Origin: an uncultured Marinilabiliaceae bacterium
GTDB lineage: Bacteria; Bacteroidota; Bacteroidia; Bacteroidales; Marinilabiliaceae
NCBI GenBank assembly: GCA_964588595.1
Contig: CAZPPW010000001.1
Span: 306-64,305, forward strand
DNA: 64,000 nt
Direction: 5' to 3'
Below the pieces are notes generated by a model. It did not search any database and had not been told where the DNA came from. It saw only the letters and a list, made by a program, of their open reading frames with translations. A program made the position numbers and the translations under genes. Positions 1-9,325 of the stretch are shown piece after piece (position 1 is the first letter of the stretch; every line of letters starts with the position of its first letter).

Positions 1-147
1 CTACGTGAGTATGGCTACATCGACGCCATATACATCACCGGTGGCAACGAGTCAGGCTTCTACCGTGACACCACCGGCAAAGTCTCCTACTTCAACCAAA
101 AACACATCGACCGACCCGCCCCCTGGCTGATATTCAAGAAGAAATAG
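1..147 (+). CDS. hypothetical protein, C-terminal fragment (5' end outside window)
   Basis: Frame 1 is open from the window edge to TAG at 145-147 (LREYGYIDAIYITGGNESGFYRD...KKK*). Codons end in C/A like neighbouring + genes. Family not recognised. Confidence 0.3.
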   Translation, partial: LREYGYIDAIYITGGNESGFYRDTTGKVSYFNQKHIDRPAPWLIFKKK

Positions 148-210
148 GCCACACCACATCCACCCCTCCCCACCCGCCTACACAGACGGACGGGGATGTC
201 GCCATATCCC

Positions 211-1203
211 CTAGTACCCCACAGCACGACCCTCAAGCCACCGACTGAACTCATCAAAATACCCCGCATTCTCGCTCAACCACGTCAACACCTCCGTCCT
301 ATACAACCCGTTGAACACAAAGTATATCATCGCACGGATATACCCGCGAGCATGCACCTCAATCAAGAAATCGGCATACGTCACCTGCCAGAAGTCCAAA
401 TTCTCCTCCCCAGTGTCACGCATCCTCGACACCAACGTATCCGTCCTCTCCACTATACCCTCTATCAACTCCTCCCGACTGTTCCACTTCACCGCCACAT
501 CCCTCTCTATACCATCTATCTCTTTCTCCATCAACTCACTATACGGCTCCTCCGCCACACGTCTCTTCAGCGGGTCAATTCCTCCCCACCCCCTCTTCCA
601 CATATCCACCAGCCGCTCCGCGTTCCTCATCCTACCCTCGTCACTCGCCATCAACAGATAACGCATTAGCGGCAACATCGCCTGATACCTATGCCCACGA
701 GCCGTCTCCACCTCCGACAACAGCAAATGAGCAGGCGTCAACATCGGGTCACGACGTATCGCCCTCTGGCACATCTCACCCGCCTCCTCCACGCTCCCAC
801 GTTTCAACATCATCGCCGCATAGTAATACGCCGCCTCGGCATGCCCCGCATTAGCCAACTGCCTATATATCCGCCGCGCCGCACTGTCAAACCCCTGCCG
901 CTCCCTACATCTCGCCTCAATAAGCCGAGCGTCATCTTTCAACGTGAACCCCTCATCCTCCTGCAACCACTTGGCCCTGTCCAACGCCGCCACAATATTA
1001 CCCATCTCGTAATACGTGTCCGCCATAGCCAACCGAGCCTCGTCACTCTTCACTTTCGCATACGTGTTTATAGCCTCCTGATAGTTAGCCACATCACGCC
1101 ACCGAGTCGCCTCTCGCATCAAGCTGTCTCGCTCCACCATCGTCTGACCATGCGCCACGACGCACGCCATCATAACCACCACTGCTGCTATATTCCTTAT
1201 CAT
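211..1203 (-). CDS. secreted TPR-like repeat protein (hypothetical)
   Basis: The ORF-track start at 1227 is GTG. The first ATG at 1203 gives a signal-peptide-like N-terminus (MIRNIAAVVVMMACVVAHGQ). The body has helical TPR-like repeats. Confidence 0.6.
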   Translation of the reverse strand: MIRNIAAVVVMMACVVAHGQTMVERDSLMREATRWRDVANYQEAINTYAKVKSDEARLAMADTYYEMGNIVAALDRAKWLQEDEGFTLKDDARLIEARCRERQGFDSAARRIYRQLANAGHAEAAYYYAAMMLKRGSVEEAGEMCQRAIRRDPMLTPAHLLLSEVETARGHRYQAMLPLMRYLLMASDEGRMRNAERLVDMWKRGWGGIDPLKRRVAEEPYSELMEKEIDGIERDVAVKWNSREELIEGIVERTDTLVSRMRDTGEENLDFWQVTYADFLIEVHARGYIRAMIYFVFNGLYRTEVLTWLSENAGYFDEFSRWLEGRAVGY

Positions 1204-1404
1204 GTCGCAAATATAACCCCCATTCACCCTCCTTGAACCATTTCTTCTTCCATCGACCTCTTTTCTTCAACGAAAGAACTTCCACCACCATAGCATGATA
1301 AGATAATACCATCCTTTGATAAATATTGCACACCTATGACATTTTATTACGCACAATGTTCATATTTAGAACATTTGTCTACCATATCTATTGCTCTTTT
1401 CACT

Positions 1405-1412
1405 TATCTTTG
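1405..1412 (+). promoter_or_regulatory. Bacteroidetes-type -7 promoter box TATCTTTG
   Basis: Exact TAnnTTTG match about 48 nt upstream of the ATG at 1460. Confidence 0.5.
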
Positions 1413-1459
1413 CTCGTTGTCTTAACAAACTCTAACGCCTTTAATAATACAACACTATT

Positions 1460-2833
1460 ATGACCAGCACCCCTAAACAACTATTCTTCTCTATCGCGGC
1501 AATCCTCATGTCCTTCACCACAACCCTCGCCGCAACATCCGCCACTAAGTCCATCAAGGTAGGCAACGCCACATGGACCTACACCATCAAGCCCGTCACC
1601 TCCAACGACGGCTCCACCACACAAGTAGCCTCACTCAAAAGCGTAGTAGGCGCCAAGGGCGACATCACCATCCCCGCCACCGTCACCATCGACGGCACTG
1701 AATACGGCGTACAAGGCATCGACGTGGAAGTAACTAAAATCGAGGGCGGCGTATTCATGAGCGCAACCGACATCACCTCCGTCACCATCTCCGAAGGCAT
1801 AACCTCCATCGGCGGATCTGCCTTCTACAACTGCACAAGCATCAAATCCATCTCCCTACCCTCCTCTCTCAAGACCATCGCCAGCAACGCCTTCCAACTC
1901 TGCTCCGGCCTCACCTCAGTCGTAATCCCCGAAGGCGTAACCTCCATAGGTGGCTCAGCATTCTACCTCTGCTCCAACCTCCAATCCGTCTCCCTACCCT
2001 CCACACTCCAGACAATAGGCAGCAACGCCTTCCAACAAGACAAAAAACTGCAATCCGTCACCATCGCCTCCCCAAGCCAACTCACCGACATTGGCGACTA
2101 CGCCTTCGAGCAATGCGACGCCCTCACCTCATTCACCATTCCCGCCTCTGTGACACGCATCGGACAATCCGCCTTCCAATGGTGCTTCGCCCTCCAATCC
2201 CTAACCATCGAACAAGGCGACGGCTCCGCCAAAATGACCATCGAGCAAGGTGCCTTCCGCCAATGCGAAGCCCTCGAATCCATCACCATACCCGGACGAG
2301 TCTCCACCATCCAAGACGAAGCATTCCGCTACTGCTACGGTGCAACCTCCATCACCATCTCCGACGGTGTAACCTCCATCGGCGCCAACTCCTTCTCACA
2401 GTCCAAAATAACTGAAATCTACATCCCAGGCTCAGTCAAGACAATAGGCGAATACGCCTTCGAAAACTCCCACGAACTCTCCAACGTCACCCTCGGCGAC
2501 GGCGTCGAGACAGTAGGACAAAACGCCTTCAAAAGCCACGCCAACAACCTCACACTCACTTGCGAAGGCACCACCACCATCCCAACCATCGACGCCTCAA
2601 GCTTCAACGACTACGGCGCAGTCGAAGTCTCCGTCCCCACAGGCTACGAACACCTCTACACCGAAGACAACGGATGGTCCGGCAAAGTCAAAGTCGCCAC
2701 CACACTCTCACAACCCGTCTACGACAACCAACCCACCACCTACTACGACCTCCAAGGCCGACCCGTAGGCTCTCACCCCACCCAACCCGGACTCTACATC
2801 TCCAGCCGACGACTCACCCTCCACAACAAGTAA
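1460..2833 (+). CDS. BspA-type leucine-rich-repeat surface protein with T9SS C-terminal sorting tail
   Basis: Signal peptide. Many roughly 23-aa repeats of the form I.IP..VTSIG..AF..C..L.S. C-terminus YYDLQGRPV...GLYI resembles Por-secretion sorting domains. Confidence 0.8.
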   Translation: MTSTPKQLFFSIAAILMSFTTTLAATSATKSIKVGNATWTYTIKPVTSNDGSTTQVASLKSVVGAKGDITIPATVTIDGTEYGVQGIDVEVTKIEGGVFMSATDITSVTISEGITSIGGSAFYNCTSIKSISLPSSLKTIASNAFQLCSGLTSVVIPEGVTSIGGSAFYLCSNLQSVSLPSTLQTIGSNAFQQDKKLQSVTIASPSQLTDIGDYAFEQCDALTSFTIPASVTRIGQSAFQWCFALQSLTIEQGDGSAKMTIEQGAFRQCEALESITIPGRVSTIQDEAFRYCYGATSITISDGVTSIGANSFSQSKITEIYIPGSVKTIGEYAFENSHELSNVTLGDGVETVGQNAFKSHANNLTLTCEGTTTIPTIDASSFNDYGAVEVSVPTGYEHLYTEDNGWSGKVKVATTLSQPVYDNQPTTYYDLQGRPVGSHPTQPGLYISSRRLTLHNK

Positions 2834-2842
2834 TCTCTATAT

Positions 2843-2873
2843 CCTACCAACACCCTACCAACCCCCTACCAAC
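2843..2873. repeat. 3 x 11-bp phased repeat CCTACCAAC
   Basis: CCTACCAAC starts at 2843, 2854 and 2865, an exact 11-bp spacing. Confidence 0.85.
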
Positions 2874-2883
2874 ACTAACGAAA

Positions 2884-2934
2884 TATGCATCCCCGAAGCA
2901 TACTTGAAGCATACTCGAAGCATCACTGAAGCAT
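2884..2934. repeat. 5 x 11-bp phased heptamer array (T/G)A(T/A)GCAT, the reverse complement of ATGCTYC
   Basis: GAAGCAT at 2895, 2906, 2917 and 2928, plus TATGCAT at 2884. Spacing is exactly 11 bp. Confidence 0.85.
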
Positions 2935-3055
2935 AAAACACCCGCCTCAACAACCCCAAAAACCTATCCCTCACCCACTTACACTCCCCAAACAACACCA
3001 AAAAAGAGCCGTGCGCCACTCCCGACGCACGGCTCCCTTTACATCCCTATTCAGC

Positions 3056-3247
3056 CTACTTCTTATACACCAGCAAAGCCGAATACGTGTTCACACCCAG
3101 AGCAGAGTGACCCTCATACTTGATATCCACGATCTCCTCAGCCTTCAACCCCTCCTGGGCTATGAACTTGTTAATCTGCTGATCCAACGGCTCATCAAAA
3201 TCATCCGTACCAGCATACTGAAACTGCTTAGCGCATATACTTGCCAT
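3056..3247 (-). CDS. small hypothetical protein (63 aa, possibly Cse60-like)
   Basis: ATG start. Acidic protein ending ...EEIVDIKYEGHS.... G/T-ending codons match the other - strand genes of this block. Family assignment is from memory only. Confidence 0.45.
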   Translation of the reverse strand: MASICAKQFQYAGTDDFDEPLDQQINKFIAQEGLKAEEIVDIKYEGHSALGVNTYSALLVYKK

Positions 3248-3315
3248 ATCTTGTGGTTATTTAAGGTTGATACTCACTATCTAATCACTACAAATATACT
3301 CTTTTTATCTTTCCA

Positions 3316-4350
3316 TTATCCCAATATCCGGCTAACTACGTCCACCAACATGTCACGCCCCGACGTCTCCGGCCACCTATACCCCTTCGAACGCATATCA
3401 TAATCCGACAACAACTGCATAATACGCATGCAATCCGACGCCGTATACAACCGCGACGCCGCACCAAAATTACGCTGAACCATATACTGGCTACGCTCCC
3501 CAACAGCCAACGCCGCCTTCACAGCCTCATCCTCACTCCCAGTCTTCGACCGCGTATAGCAATACGTAAACAAATGGTCAAAACCATTATACAACGTCGC
3601 AAACACCACCTGCACAGGGTTCGCCTTCTCATTCATCCCAAACGCCTTGACTATCCGCATCGCCCTCCCCCTGTCTCGCCTAAACAACGCGTCACGCAAC
3701 TCAAACGCGTTATACTCCTTGCTAATCCCAACATTCTCACTCACCATCGCGCTCGTTATCACCTTCAAACCAGGCCCCACAGCCGCCCTGATCTTCTCTA
3801 TCGCACCCGCCGCATCCCCCATGCTCGTCCCAACATGCTCCGCCAACAACTCTGCCGCCTTATCCTCTATCGAATACCCAGCCTTCATCGCATAACTCGC
3901 TATCCAACTCGGCATCTGATTGTCATACAACGCCTTAGTCTCCATAATCGCACCCCCCGCCTTATCTATCGCCTTATACAGCTTCGTATTCTTCGCCACA
4001 AGCTTATACTTATGGCACAACACCAAAACCGTACTCTCCAAACATCGGCCCACATACCCCTCCAACTCCCCCAACCCCTGAGTAGCCTGCGCCTCACGCA
4101 CAATAACCACACGCCGCTCCGCAAACGTCGGATACTGATCGCACTCCAACGCTATCTTCCGCCCCGTAGTATCCCTCCCATACACCACCGTCTGATTAAA
4201 CGTCCGCTCACCCTCCCCCATCGCATGACCCTCAATATACCCGCTCACAACATCTATCGGATACGGCTCCTCACCATGAAGCAAATACACAGGCCGATAC
4301 TTCCCAGCCCGCAACTCCTTCATGATCTCATCCTGACTCATCACGCCCAT
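3316..4350 (-). CDS. holA: DNA polymerase III subunit delta
   Basis: 344 aa. N-terminus ...LRAGKYRPVYLLHGEEPYPID... and overall pattern are typical of HolA. Confidence 0.85.
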   Translation of the reverse strand: MGVMSQDEIMKELRAGKYRPVYLLHGEEPYPIDVVSGYIEGHAMGEGERTFNQTVVYGRDTTGRKIALECDQYPTFAERRVVIVREAQATQGLGELEGYVGRCLESTVLVLCHKYKLVAKNTKLYKAIDKAGGAIMETKALYDNQMPSWIASYAMKAGYSIEDKAAELLAEHVGTSMGDAAGAIEKIRAAVGPGLKVITSAMVSENVGISKEYNAFELRDALFRRDRGRAMRIVKAFGMNEKANPVQVVFATLYNGFDHLFTYCYTRSKTGSEDEAVKAALAVGERSQYMVQRNFGAASRLYTASDCMRIMQLLSDYDMRSKGYRWPETSGRDMLVDVVSRILG

Positions 4351-4353
4351 ACC

Positions 4354-5121
4354 CTAAAACTTTAGATGCTTCACCGAATTGCCATTCCGCTCTATCTCCT
4401 GCAACGCCTTAATCCCTATCTCCAAATGCGGCCTGACGTAATTCGCCGTAACCCTCTTATCACTCTCCGACGTCTTGACACCCTCCGGAATCATCGGCTG
4501 ATCACTCACAAGCAACAACGCACCCGTAGGTATCTCATTATGAAATCCCACCGTGAACAACGTCGCCGTCTCCATATCCACCGCCATAGCACGCATCATC
4601 TCCAACCTGCGCTTAAACACATCATCATGCTCCCACACCCTCCTGTTAGTCGTATACACCGTCCCAGTCCAATAATCAAGCCCATGATCCCTTATCGCCC
4701 CCGACACCGCCCTCTGCAACGAGAACGCAGGCAACGCAGGCACCTCCGGCGGAAAATAATCATTACTCGTGCCCTCTCCCCTGATGGCCGCTATCGGCAA
4801 TATGAAATCACCAAGATTATTCTTCTTCTTCAACCCACCACACTTGCCCAAAAACAACACCGCCCTCGGATGTATAGCCTGAAGCAAATCCATAATAGTC
4901 GCCGCATTAGGACTACCCATCCCAAAATTTATTATCGCCACACCCTCAGCTATCGCGTTCGGCATGCTGCAACCCCTCTTCACCTCCACCCCAAACATCT
5001 CCGCGAACATCTCCACATAGTTCATGAAGTTCGTCAACAACACATAACCAGGATACTCGCTCAACTGCCTCCCCGTATACCGCGACAGCCAATTCTCTAC
5101 TATCTCTTCTTTCGTCTTCAT
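4354..5121 (-). CDS. amn: AMP nucleosidase (short Bacteroidetes form, PNP/UDP phosphorylase fold)
   Basis: The ORF-track start at 5130 is GTG. The ATG at 5121 gives MKTKEEIVENWLSRYTG.... About 255 aa, nucleoside-phosphorylase-like. Confidence 0.75.
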   Translation of the reverse strand: MKTKEEIVENWLSRYTGRQLSEYPGYVLLTNFMNYVEMFAEMFGVEVKRGCSMPNAIAEGVAIINFGMGSPNAATIMDLLQAIHPRAVLFLGKCGGLKKKNNLGDFILPIAAIRGEGTSNDYFPPEVPALPAFSLQRAVSGAIRDHGLDYWTGTVYTTNRRVWEHDDVFKRRLEMMRAMAVDMETATLFTVGFHNEIPTGALLLVSDQPMIPEGVKTSESDKRVTANYVRPHLEIGIKALQEIERNGNSVKHLKF

Positions 5122-5190
5122 ATCTTTCACCTTTATTTCGTTTGCCTACCAAAGATAATTAACACCCGCCTTATTCCAAAGACTAAATCT

Positions 5191-5198
5191 TAACTTTG
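5191..5198 (+). promoter_or_regulatory. -7 promoter box TAACTTTG
   Basis: Exact TAnnTTTG match ending 7 nt before the mutS ATG at 5206. Confidence 0.5.
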
Positions 5199-5205
5199 CA
5201 CCACG

Positions 5206-7857
5206 ATGGCCAAAAAGAACTTCTCCGATACGCCCCTGATGCGCCAATACATGAGCATCAAGGCCAAACATCCCGACGCCATGCTCCTCTTCAGGGTCGG
5301 CGACTTCTACGAAACTTATCTCGACGACGCCCCCAAAGCCGCCAAGATCCTCGGCATAACCCTCACACAACGCAGCGGCACCAACCCCGAACTCGGTGCC
5401 CTCGCCGGCTTCCCCTACCACGCCCTCGACACCTACCTCCCCAAACTCGTACGCGCAGGCCTCCGAGTAGCCGTATGCGACCAACTCGAAGACCCTAAGG
5501 CCGCCAAAGGCATTGTCCGACGCGGCATAACAGAACTCGTCACACCAGGCGTGGCTATGACCGACGGCGTCCTCGTCACAGGCGAAAACAACTTCCTCTG
5601 CTGCGTCAACTTCACCCCAGCCTGCGTCGGCATAGCCTTCCTCGACATATCAACCGGCGAATTCCTCATGGGGCAGGGCAACACCCACTACGCCGACCGC
5701 CTCCTCGCCACTTTCCGCCCAAAAGAAATCCTCTTCGAGAAAGGACACCGACAATCCTTCATCGACGCCTTCGGCCCCAAGTGGACCACATACCCCTTCG
5801 ACGACTGGGCCTTCCAACCTCAATCCGCCCTCGAACGTCTCCTCAAGCATTTCGGCACCCAAAGCCTCAAAGGCTTCGGCATCGACAACCAGTCAGCCGG
5901 CATAACTGCCGCCGGCGCCATCCTCTACTACCTCGATGTCACCCAGCACGACGGACAAGCCCACATATCACGCCTGCAACGTATCGACGAGCAATCCTAC
6001 GTGTGGCTCGACAAATTCTCCATACGCAACCTGGAAATCTTCAATGACGGACGCGGCGACTCAAGCTCACTCGCCGACATAGAAGACCGCTCCACAACCC
6101 CCATGGGCTCACGTCTCCTCAAACGATGGCTCGTAATGCCTCTACGCAACGTCAACGCCATCCGACACCGACACGACGCCGTAGCCGAGTTCATCGCCAA
6201 CCCCTCCCTCACAGCACAAGTCACCGACCTCCTCAAGCAAGTGGGCGACATGGAGCGCCTCGTAGGCAAAATAGCCTGCCTACGCATCACCCCACGCGAA
6301 GTCGTAATGCTCCGCCGCGCACTCCAAGCCATCCCCTCCCTCAAAGACGCCATAGCCACAGCCGCCCCCAACGGACAACTCGCACGCCTCGTCAACGCCC
6401 TCGACAACTGCGACCACCTCTGCCAACGTATCGAGCACGACATCGTACCCGACCCGCCCACCACAATCCAAAAGTGCGGCGTCATAGCCAACGGCGTGTC
6501 CTCCGAACTCGACAACCTCCGACTAATATCCTCCTCCAGCAAAGACTACCTCAACCTCCTCCAAGAGAAACTCGCCACCGAGACTTCCATACCCTCCCTC
6601 CGCGTCGCCTACAACAACGTATTCGGCTACTACATCGAAGTCCGCAACACCCACAAGGATAAAGTCCCCGCCGACTGGATCCGCAAGCAGACCATGACCA
6701 ACGCCGAACGCTACGTCACCCCCGAACTCAAAGAATACGAGGAGAAAATCCTCGGCGCCGACCAAAACATCGCGGCCATCGAGGCCCAAATATACTCCCA
6801 GCTCCTCGCCGAACTCAACGCCAACCTCGCCACAGTCCAGTCCAACGCCACCCAACTCGCCGAGATCGACGTCCTCCACACCTTCGCCCGCAACGCTGTC
6901 GACTTCAACTACTGCCGCCCCAACATCACCGACGACGACGTCATAGACATCACCGAAGGCCGACACCCAGTCATCGAACGCCTCATGCACGATGGCGACA
7001 CCTACGTCTCCAACAACCTCCACCTCGACAAGTCCAACCAGCAAATAGTCATCGTCACCGGCCCCAACATGGCAGGCAAGAGCGCGCTCCTACGACAAAC
7101 CGCACTCATCGTCCTCCTCGCACAATGCGGCTCCTACGTCCCAGCGCAAGCCGCCACAATAGGCATAGTCGACAAAATCTTCACACGCGTAGGCGCAAGC
7201 GACAACCTCTCACAAGGTGAGAGCACCTTCATGGTCGAAATGACCGAGGCCGCCAACATCCTCAACAACGTCACCCCACGCAGTCTCGTCCTCTTCGACG
7301 AACTCGGACGCGGCACAAGCACCTACGACGGCATATCACTCGCCTGGGCAATAGTCGAATTCCTCCACAACAACGACCGCGCACAAGCCAAAACCCTCTT
7401 CGCCACGCACTACCACGAGCTCAACGACATGGAGAAGATGTACCACCGCATCAAAAACTTCAACGTCTCCGTGCGAGAGGCGCAAGGCAAAGTCATCTTC
7501 CTACGCAAACTCGTCCCAGGTGGCTCCGCTCACAGCTTCGGCATTCACGTGGCCCGACTCGCCGGCATGCCACGCTCCGTCGTAGACCGAGCCGACGAAA
7601 TACTCTCCAAACTCGAAAGCCAACGCGACACACCCGCACCCACCTCCCCCACCCCACGCAAAGGCTTCAAGAACGTCGACAACACCTCCGAAAAAATATC
7701 CAACGCCCCCGTCCAACTCTCACTATTCCAACTCGACGACCCCCTCGTCATGAGCATCCGCAACGAAATCGCCGACCTCGACATCGACAACCTCACCCCT
7801 CGCGACGCCCTCAACAAACTCTACGACATCAAACGCCTCCTCGGCCTCGACAAATGA
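5206..7857 (+). CDS. mutS: DNA mismatch repair protein MutS
   Basis: 883 aa. TPLMRQY N-terminus, Walker A GPNMAGKS, STFMVEM and DELGRGTS motifs. Confidence 0.97.
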   Translation: MAKKNFSDTPLMRQYMSIKAKHPDAMLLFRVGDFYETYLDDAPKAAKILGITLTQRSGTNPELGALAGFPYHALDTYLPKLVRAGLRVAVCDQLEDPKAAKGIVRRGITELVTPGVAMTDGVLVTGENNFLCCVNFTPACVGIAFLDISTGEFLMGQGNTHYADRLLATFRPKEILFEKGHRQSFIDAFGPKWTTYPFDDWAFQPQSALERLLKHFGTQSLKGFGIDNQSAGITAAGAILYYLDVTQHDGQAHISRLQRIDEQSYVWLDKFSIRNLEIFNDGRGDSSSLADIEDRSTTPMGSRLLKRWLVMPLRNVNAIRHRHDAVAEFIANPSLTAQVTDLLKQVGDMERLVGKIACLRITPREVVMLRRALQAIPSLKDAIATAAPNGQLARLVNALDNCDHLCQRIEHDIVPDPPTTIQKCGVIANGVSSELDNLRLISSSSKDYLNLLQEKLATETSIPSLRVAYNNVFGYYIEVRNTHKDKVPADWIRKQTMTNAERYVTPELKEYEEKILGADQNIAAIEAQIYSQLLAELNANLATVQSNATQLAEIDVLHTFARNAVDFNYCRPNITDDDVIDITEGRHPVIERLMHDGDTYVSNNLHLDKSNQQIVIVTGPNMAGKSALLRQTALIVLLAQCGSYVPAQAATIGIVDKIFTRVGASDNLSQGESTFMVEMTEAANILNNVTPRSLVLFDELGRGTSTYDGISLAWAIVEFLHNNDRAQAKTLFATHYHELNDMEKMYHRIKNFNVSVREAQGKVIFLRKLVPGGSAHSFGIHVARLAGMPRSVVDRADEILSKLESQRDTPAPTSPTPRKGFKNVDNTSEKISNAPVQLSLFQLDDPLVMSIRNEIADLDIDNLTPRDALNKLYDIKRLLGLDK

Positions 7858-7908
7858 CCTACCCCCCATTTCCCTCCTCCTTTCCCCAATTTTCTCCCCC
7901 AACATAAT

Positions 7909-7916
7909 TATCTTTG
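7909..7916 (+). promoter_or_regulatory. -7 promoter box TATCTTTG
   Basis: Exact TAnnTTTG match 39 nt upstream of the gpmA ATG. Confidence 0.55.
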
Positions 7917-7954
7917 CACTCGTATATATCGCACAATACATAATATAGATAACA

Positions 7955-8707
7955 ATGAAGAGAATCGTTCTTATCCGCCACGGCCAAAGCGCCTGGAATC
8001 TCGAGAACCGCTTCACCGGCTGGACCAACGTCGACCTCACCGAGGCCGGCATCGCCGAGGCTGTGAAGGCTGGCAAAACCCTCAAAGAGCAAGGCTTCAC
8101 CTTCGACATCGCCTACACCTCCTTCCTCAAGCGTGCCGTGAAGACCCTCAACAATGTCCTCGACCAGATGGACCTCGACTGGATTCCCGTACAGAAGTCC
8201 TGGCGCCTCAACGAGAAGCACTACGGCAACCTCCAAGGCCTTAACAAGGCCGAGACAGCCAAACAGTACGGCGACGAGCAAGTCAAGATATGGCGCCGCA
8301 GCTACGACGTAGCTCCCAACCCCATCCCCGACAACGACGACCGTAGCGCAACTAAAGACCCACGCTACGCCAGCTATGTCCCCGACTGCGAAATCCCTCG
8401 CACCGAGAGCCTCAAAGACTGCATCGAGCGCGCACTGCCCTACTGGAAGAGCGAAATCTTCCCTATGCTCAAGAAAGTCGACAACATCGTTGTCGTCGCT
8501 CACGGCAACTCACTCCGCGGCATCATCAAGTTCCTCAAGGGCATATCCGACCAGGATATCGTCTCCCTCAACCTCCCCACCGCAATCCCCTATTGCTTCG
8601 AGTTCGACGACAAGACCTACAAACTCACCAAGGATTACTTCGTAGGCGACCCCGAGGAGATTAAGAAACTCCAAGAGGCCGTAGCCAACCAAGGCAAGGC
8701 CAAGTAA
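7955..8707 (+). CDS. gpmA: 2,3-bisphosphoglycerate-dependent phosphoglycerate mutase
   Basis: 250 aa. [18 protein letters not shown] catalytic-His motif and a C-terminal AHGNSLR motif. Confidence 0.95.
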   Translation: MKRIVLIRHGQSAWNLENRFTGWTNVDLTEAGIAEAVKAGKTLKEQGFTFDIAYTSFLKRAVKTLNNVLDQMDLDWIPVQKSWRLNEKHYGNLQGLNKAETAKQYGDEQVKIWRRSYDVAPNPIPDNDDRSATKDPRYASYVPDCEIPRTESLKDCIERALPYWKSEIFPMLKKVDNIVVVAHGNSLRGIIKFLKGISDQDIVSLNLPTAIPYCFEFDDKTYKLTKDYFVGDPEEIKKLQEAVANQGKAK

Positions 8708-8732
8708 CTCCACACACGAGTTCCACTACCTA

Positions 8733-8765
8733 AGACCGCCCCTCCCAGGACGGTCTTTTTATTTT
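8733..8765 (+). terminator. intrinsic terminator after gpmA
   Basis: AGACCG...CGGTCT stem (8733-8756) followed by TTTTTATTTT. Confidence 0.65.
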
Positions 8766-8822
8766 CCACCACACTCCCGCATTTTTTCTTCCCTTCCCTC
8801 ACCATTTTCCACATATTCCCCC

Positions 8823-8830
8823 TATCTTTG
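8823..8830 (+). promoter_or_regulatory. -7 promoter box TATCTTTG
   Basis: Exact TAnnTTTG match 28 nt upstream of the ATG at 8858. Confidence 0.55.
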
Positions 8831-8857
8831 CACTGACATTATAATACTTTACTAACC

Positions 8858-9232
8858 ATGGATAAGATAATTCTATACACCAAGAGGTGTATCACAGAGA
8901 AGTTCGCTGACTTCACTGGTCGCGCTCGTCGCGAGGAGTTCTGGTATTTCTACCTCGCCACATGCGTCTTTTACGTTGTTGTCGGCATTCTCGGTCGCAT
9001 CCCCTACGTCGGCATGGTCATCAGCCTCATCGGTGGTCTCGCTGGTCTCGCCCTCATCGTCCCCACTCTCGCCGCTGGCGCACGCCGCCTCCACGACACC
9101 GGACGCTCTGGCTGGTTCCAGCTTATCAGCCTCGTCCCCTTTGTCGGCACTATCATCCTCATCGTCTTCTGGGCGCAAGAGGGCGTAGCAGGCTCCAACA
9201 AGTGGGGCAATAATCCCAAGACTCAGGCGTAA
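8858..9232 (+). CDS. DUF805-family inner membrane protein
   Basis: FTGRARREEFWYFYL plus RRLHDTGRSGW motifs and three TM segments. Confidence 0.85.
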   Translation: MDKIILYTKRCITEKFADFTGRARREEFWYFYLATCVFYVVVGILGRIPYVGMVISLIGGLAGLALIVPTLAAGARRLHDTGRSGWFQLISLVPFVGTIILIVFWAQEGVAGSNKWGNNPKTQA

Positions 9233-9260
9233 CACCCATTTCCCAAGACTTTAATACCCA

Positions 9261-9297
9261 ATGCATCGGAATCTTTGACATTCCGATGCATTTTTAT
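9261..9297 (+). terminator. intrinsic terminator
   Basis: Perfect 12-bp stem ATGCATCGGAAT / ATTCCGATGCAT with a 7-nt loop, followed by TTTTT. Confidence 0.85.
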
Positions 9298-9305
9298 TAT
9301 GTTTG
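9298..9305 (+). promoter_or_regulatory. -7 promoter box TATGTTTG
   Basis: TAnnTTTG match 21 nt upstream of the ATG at 9326. Confidence 0.45.
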
Positions 9306-9325
9306 CGTAAACAAAACTCTCTATT

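Noticed and set aside
196-1236. + strand ORFs 196-669, 311-661 and 691-1236, and many similar ones in 1-14 kb
   Set aside because: The C/A-rich + strand is depleted in stop codons, so several frames stay open. The translations are Pro/His/Arg/Thr/Leu low complexity and overlap better-supported genes.
8805-8813. DnaA-box-like TTTTCCACA, and a search for oriC near the skew switches
   Set aside because: There are only isolated near-matches (this one, and TGTGGATAT inside the GH27 gene). I found no cluster of boxes, no AT-rich unwinding element and no dnaA gene. An origin cannot be called from this window.
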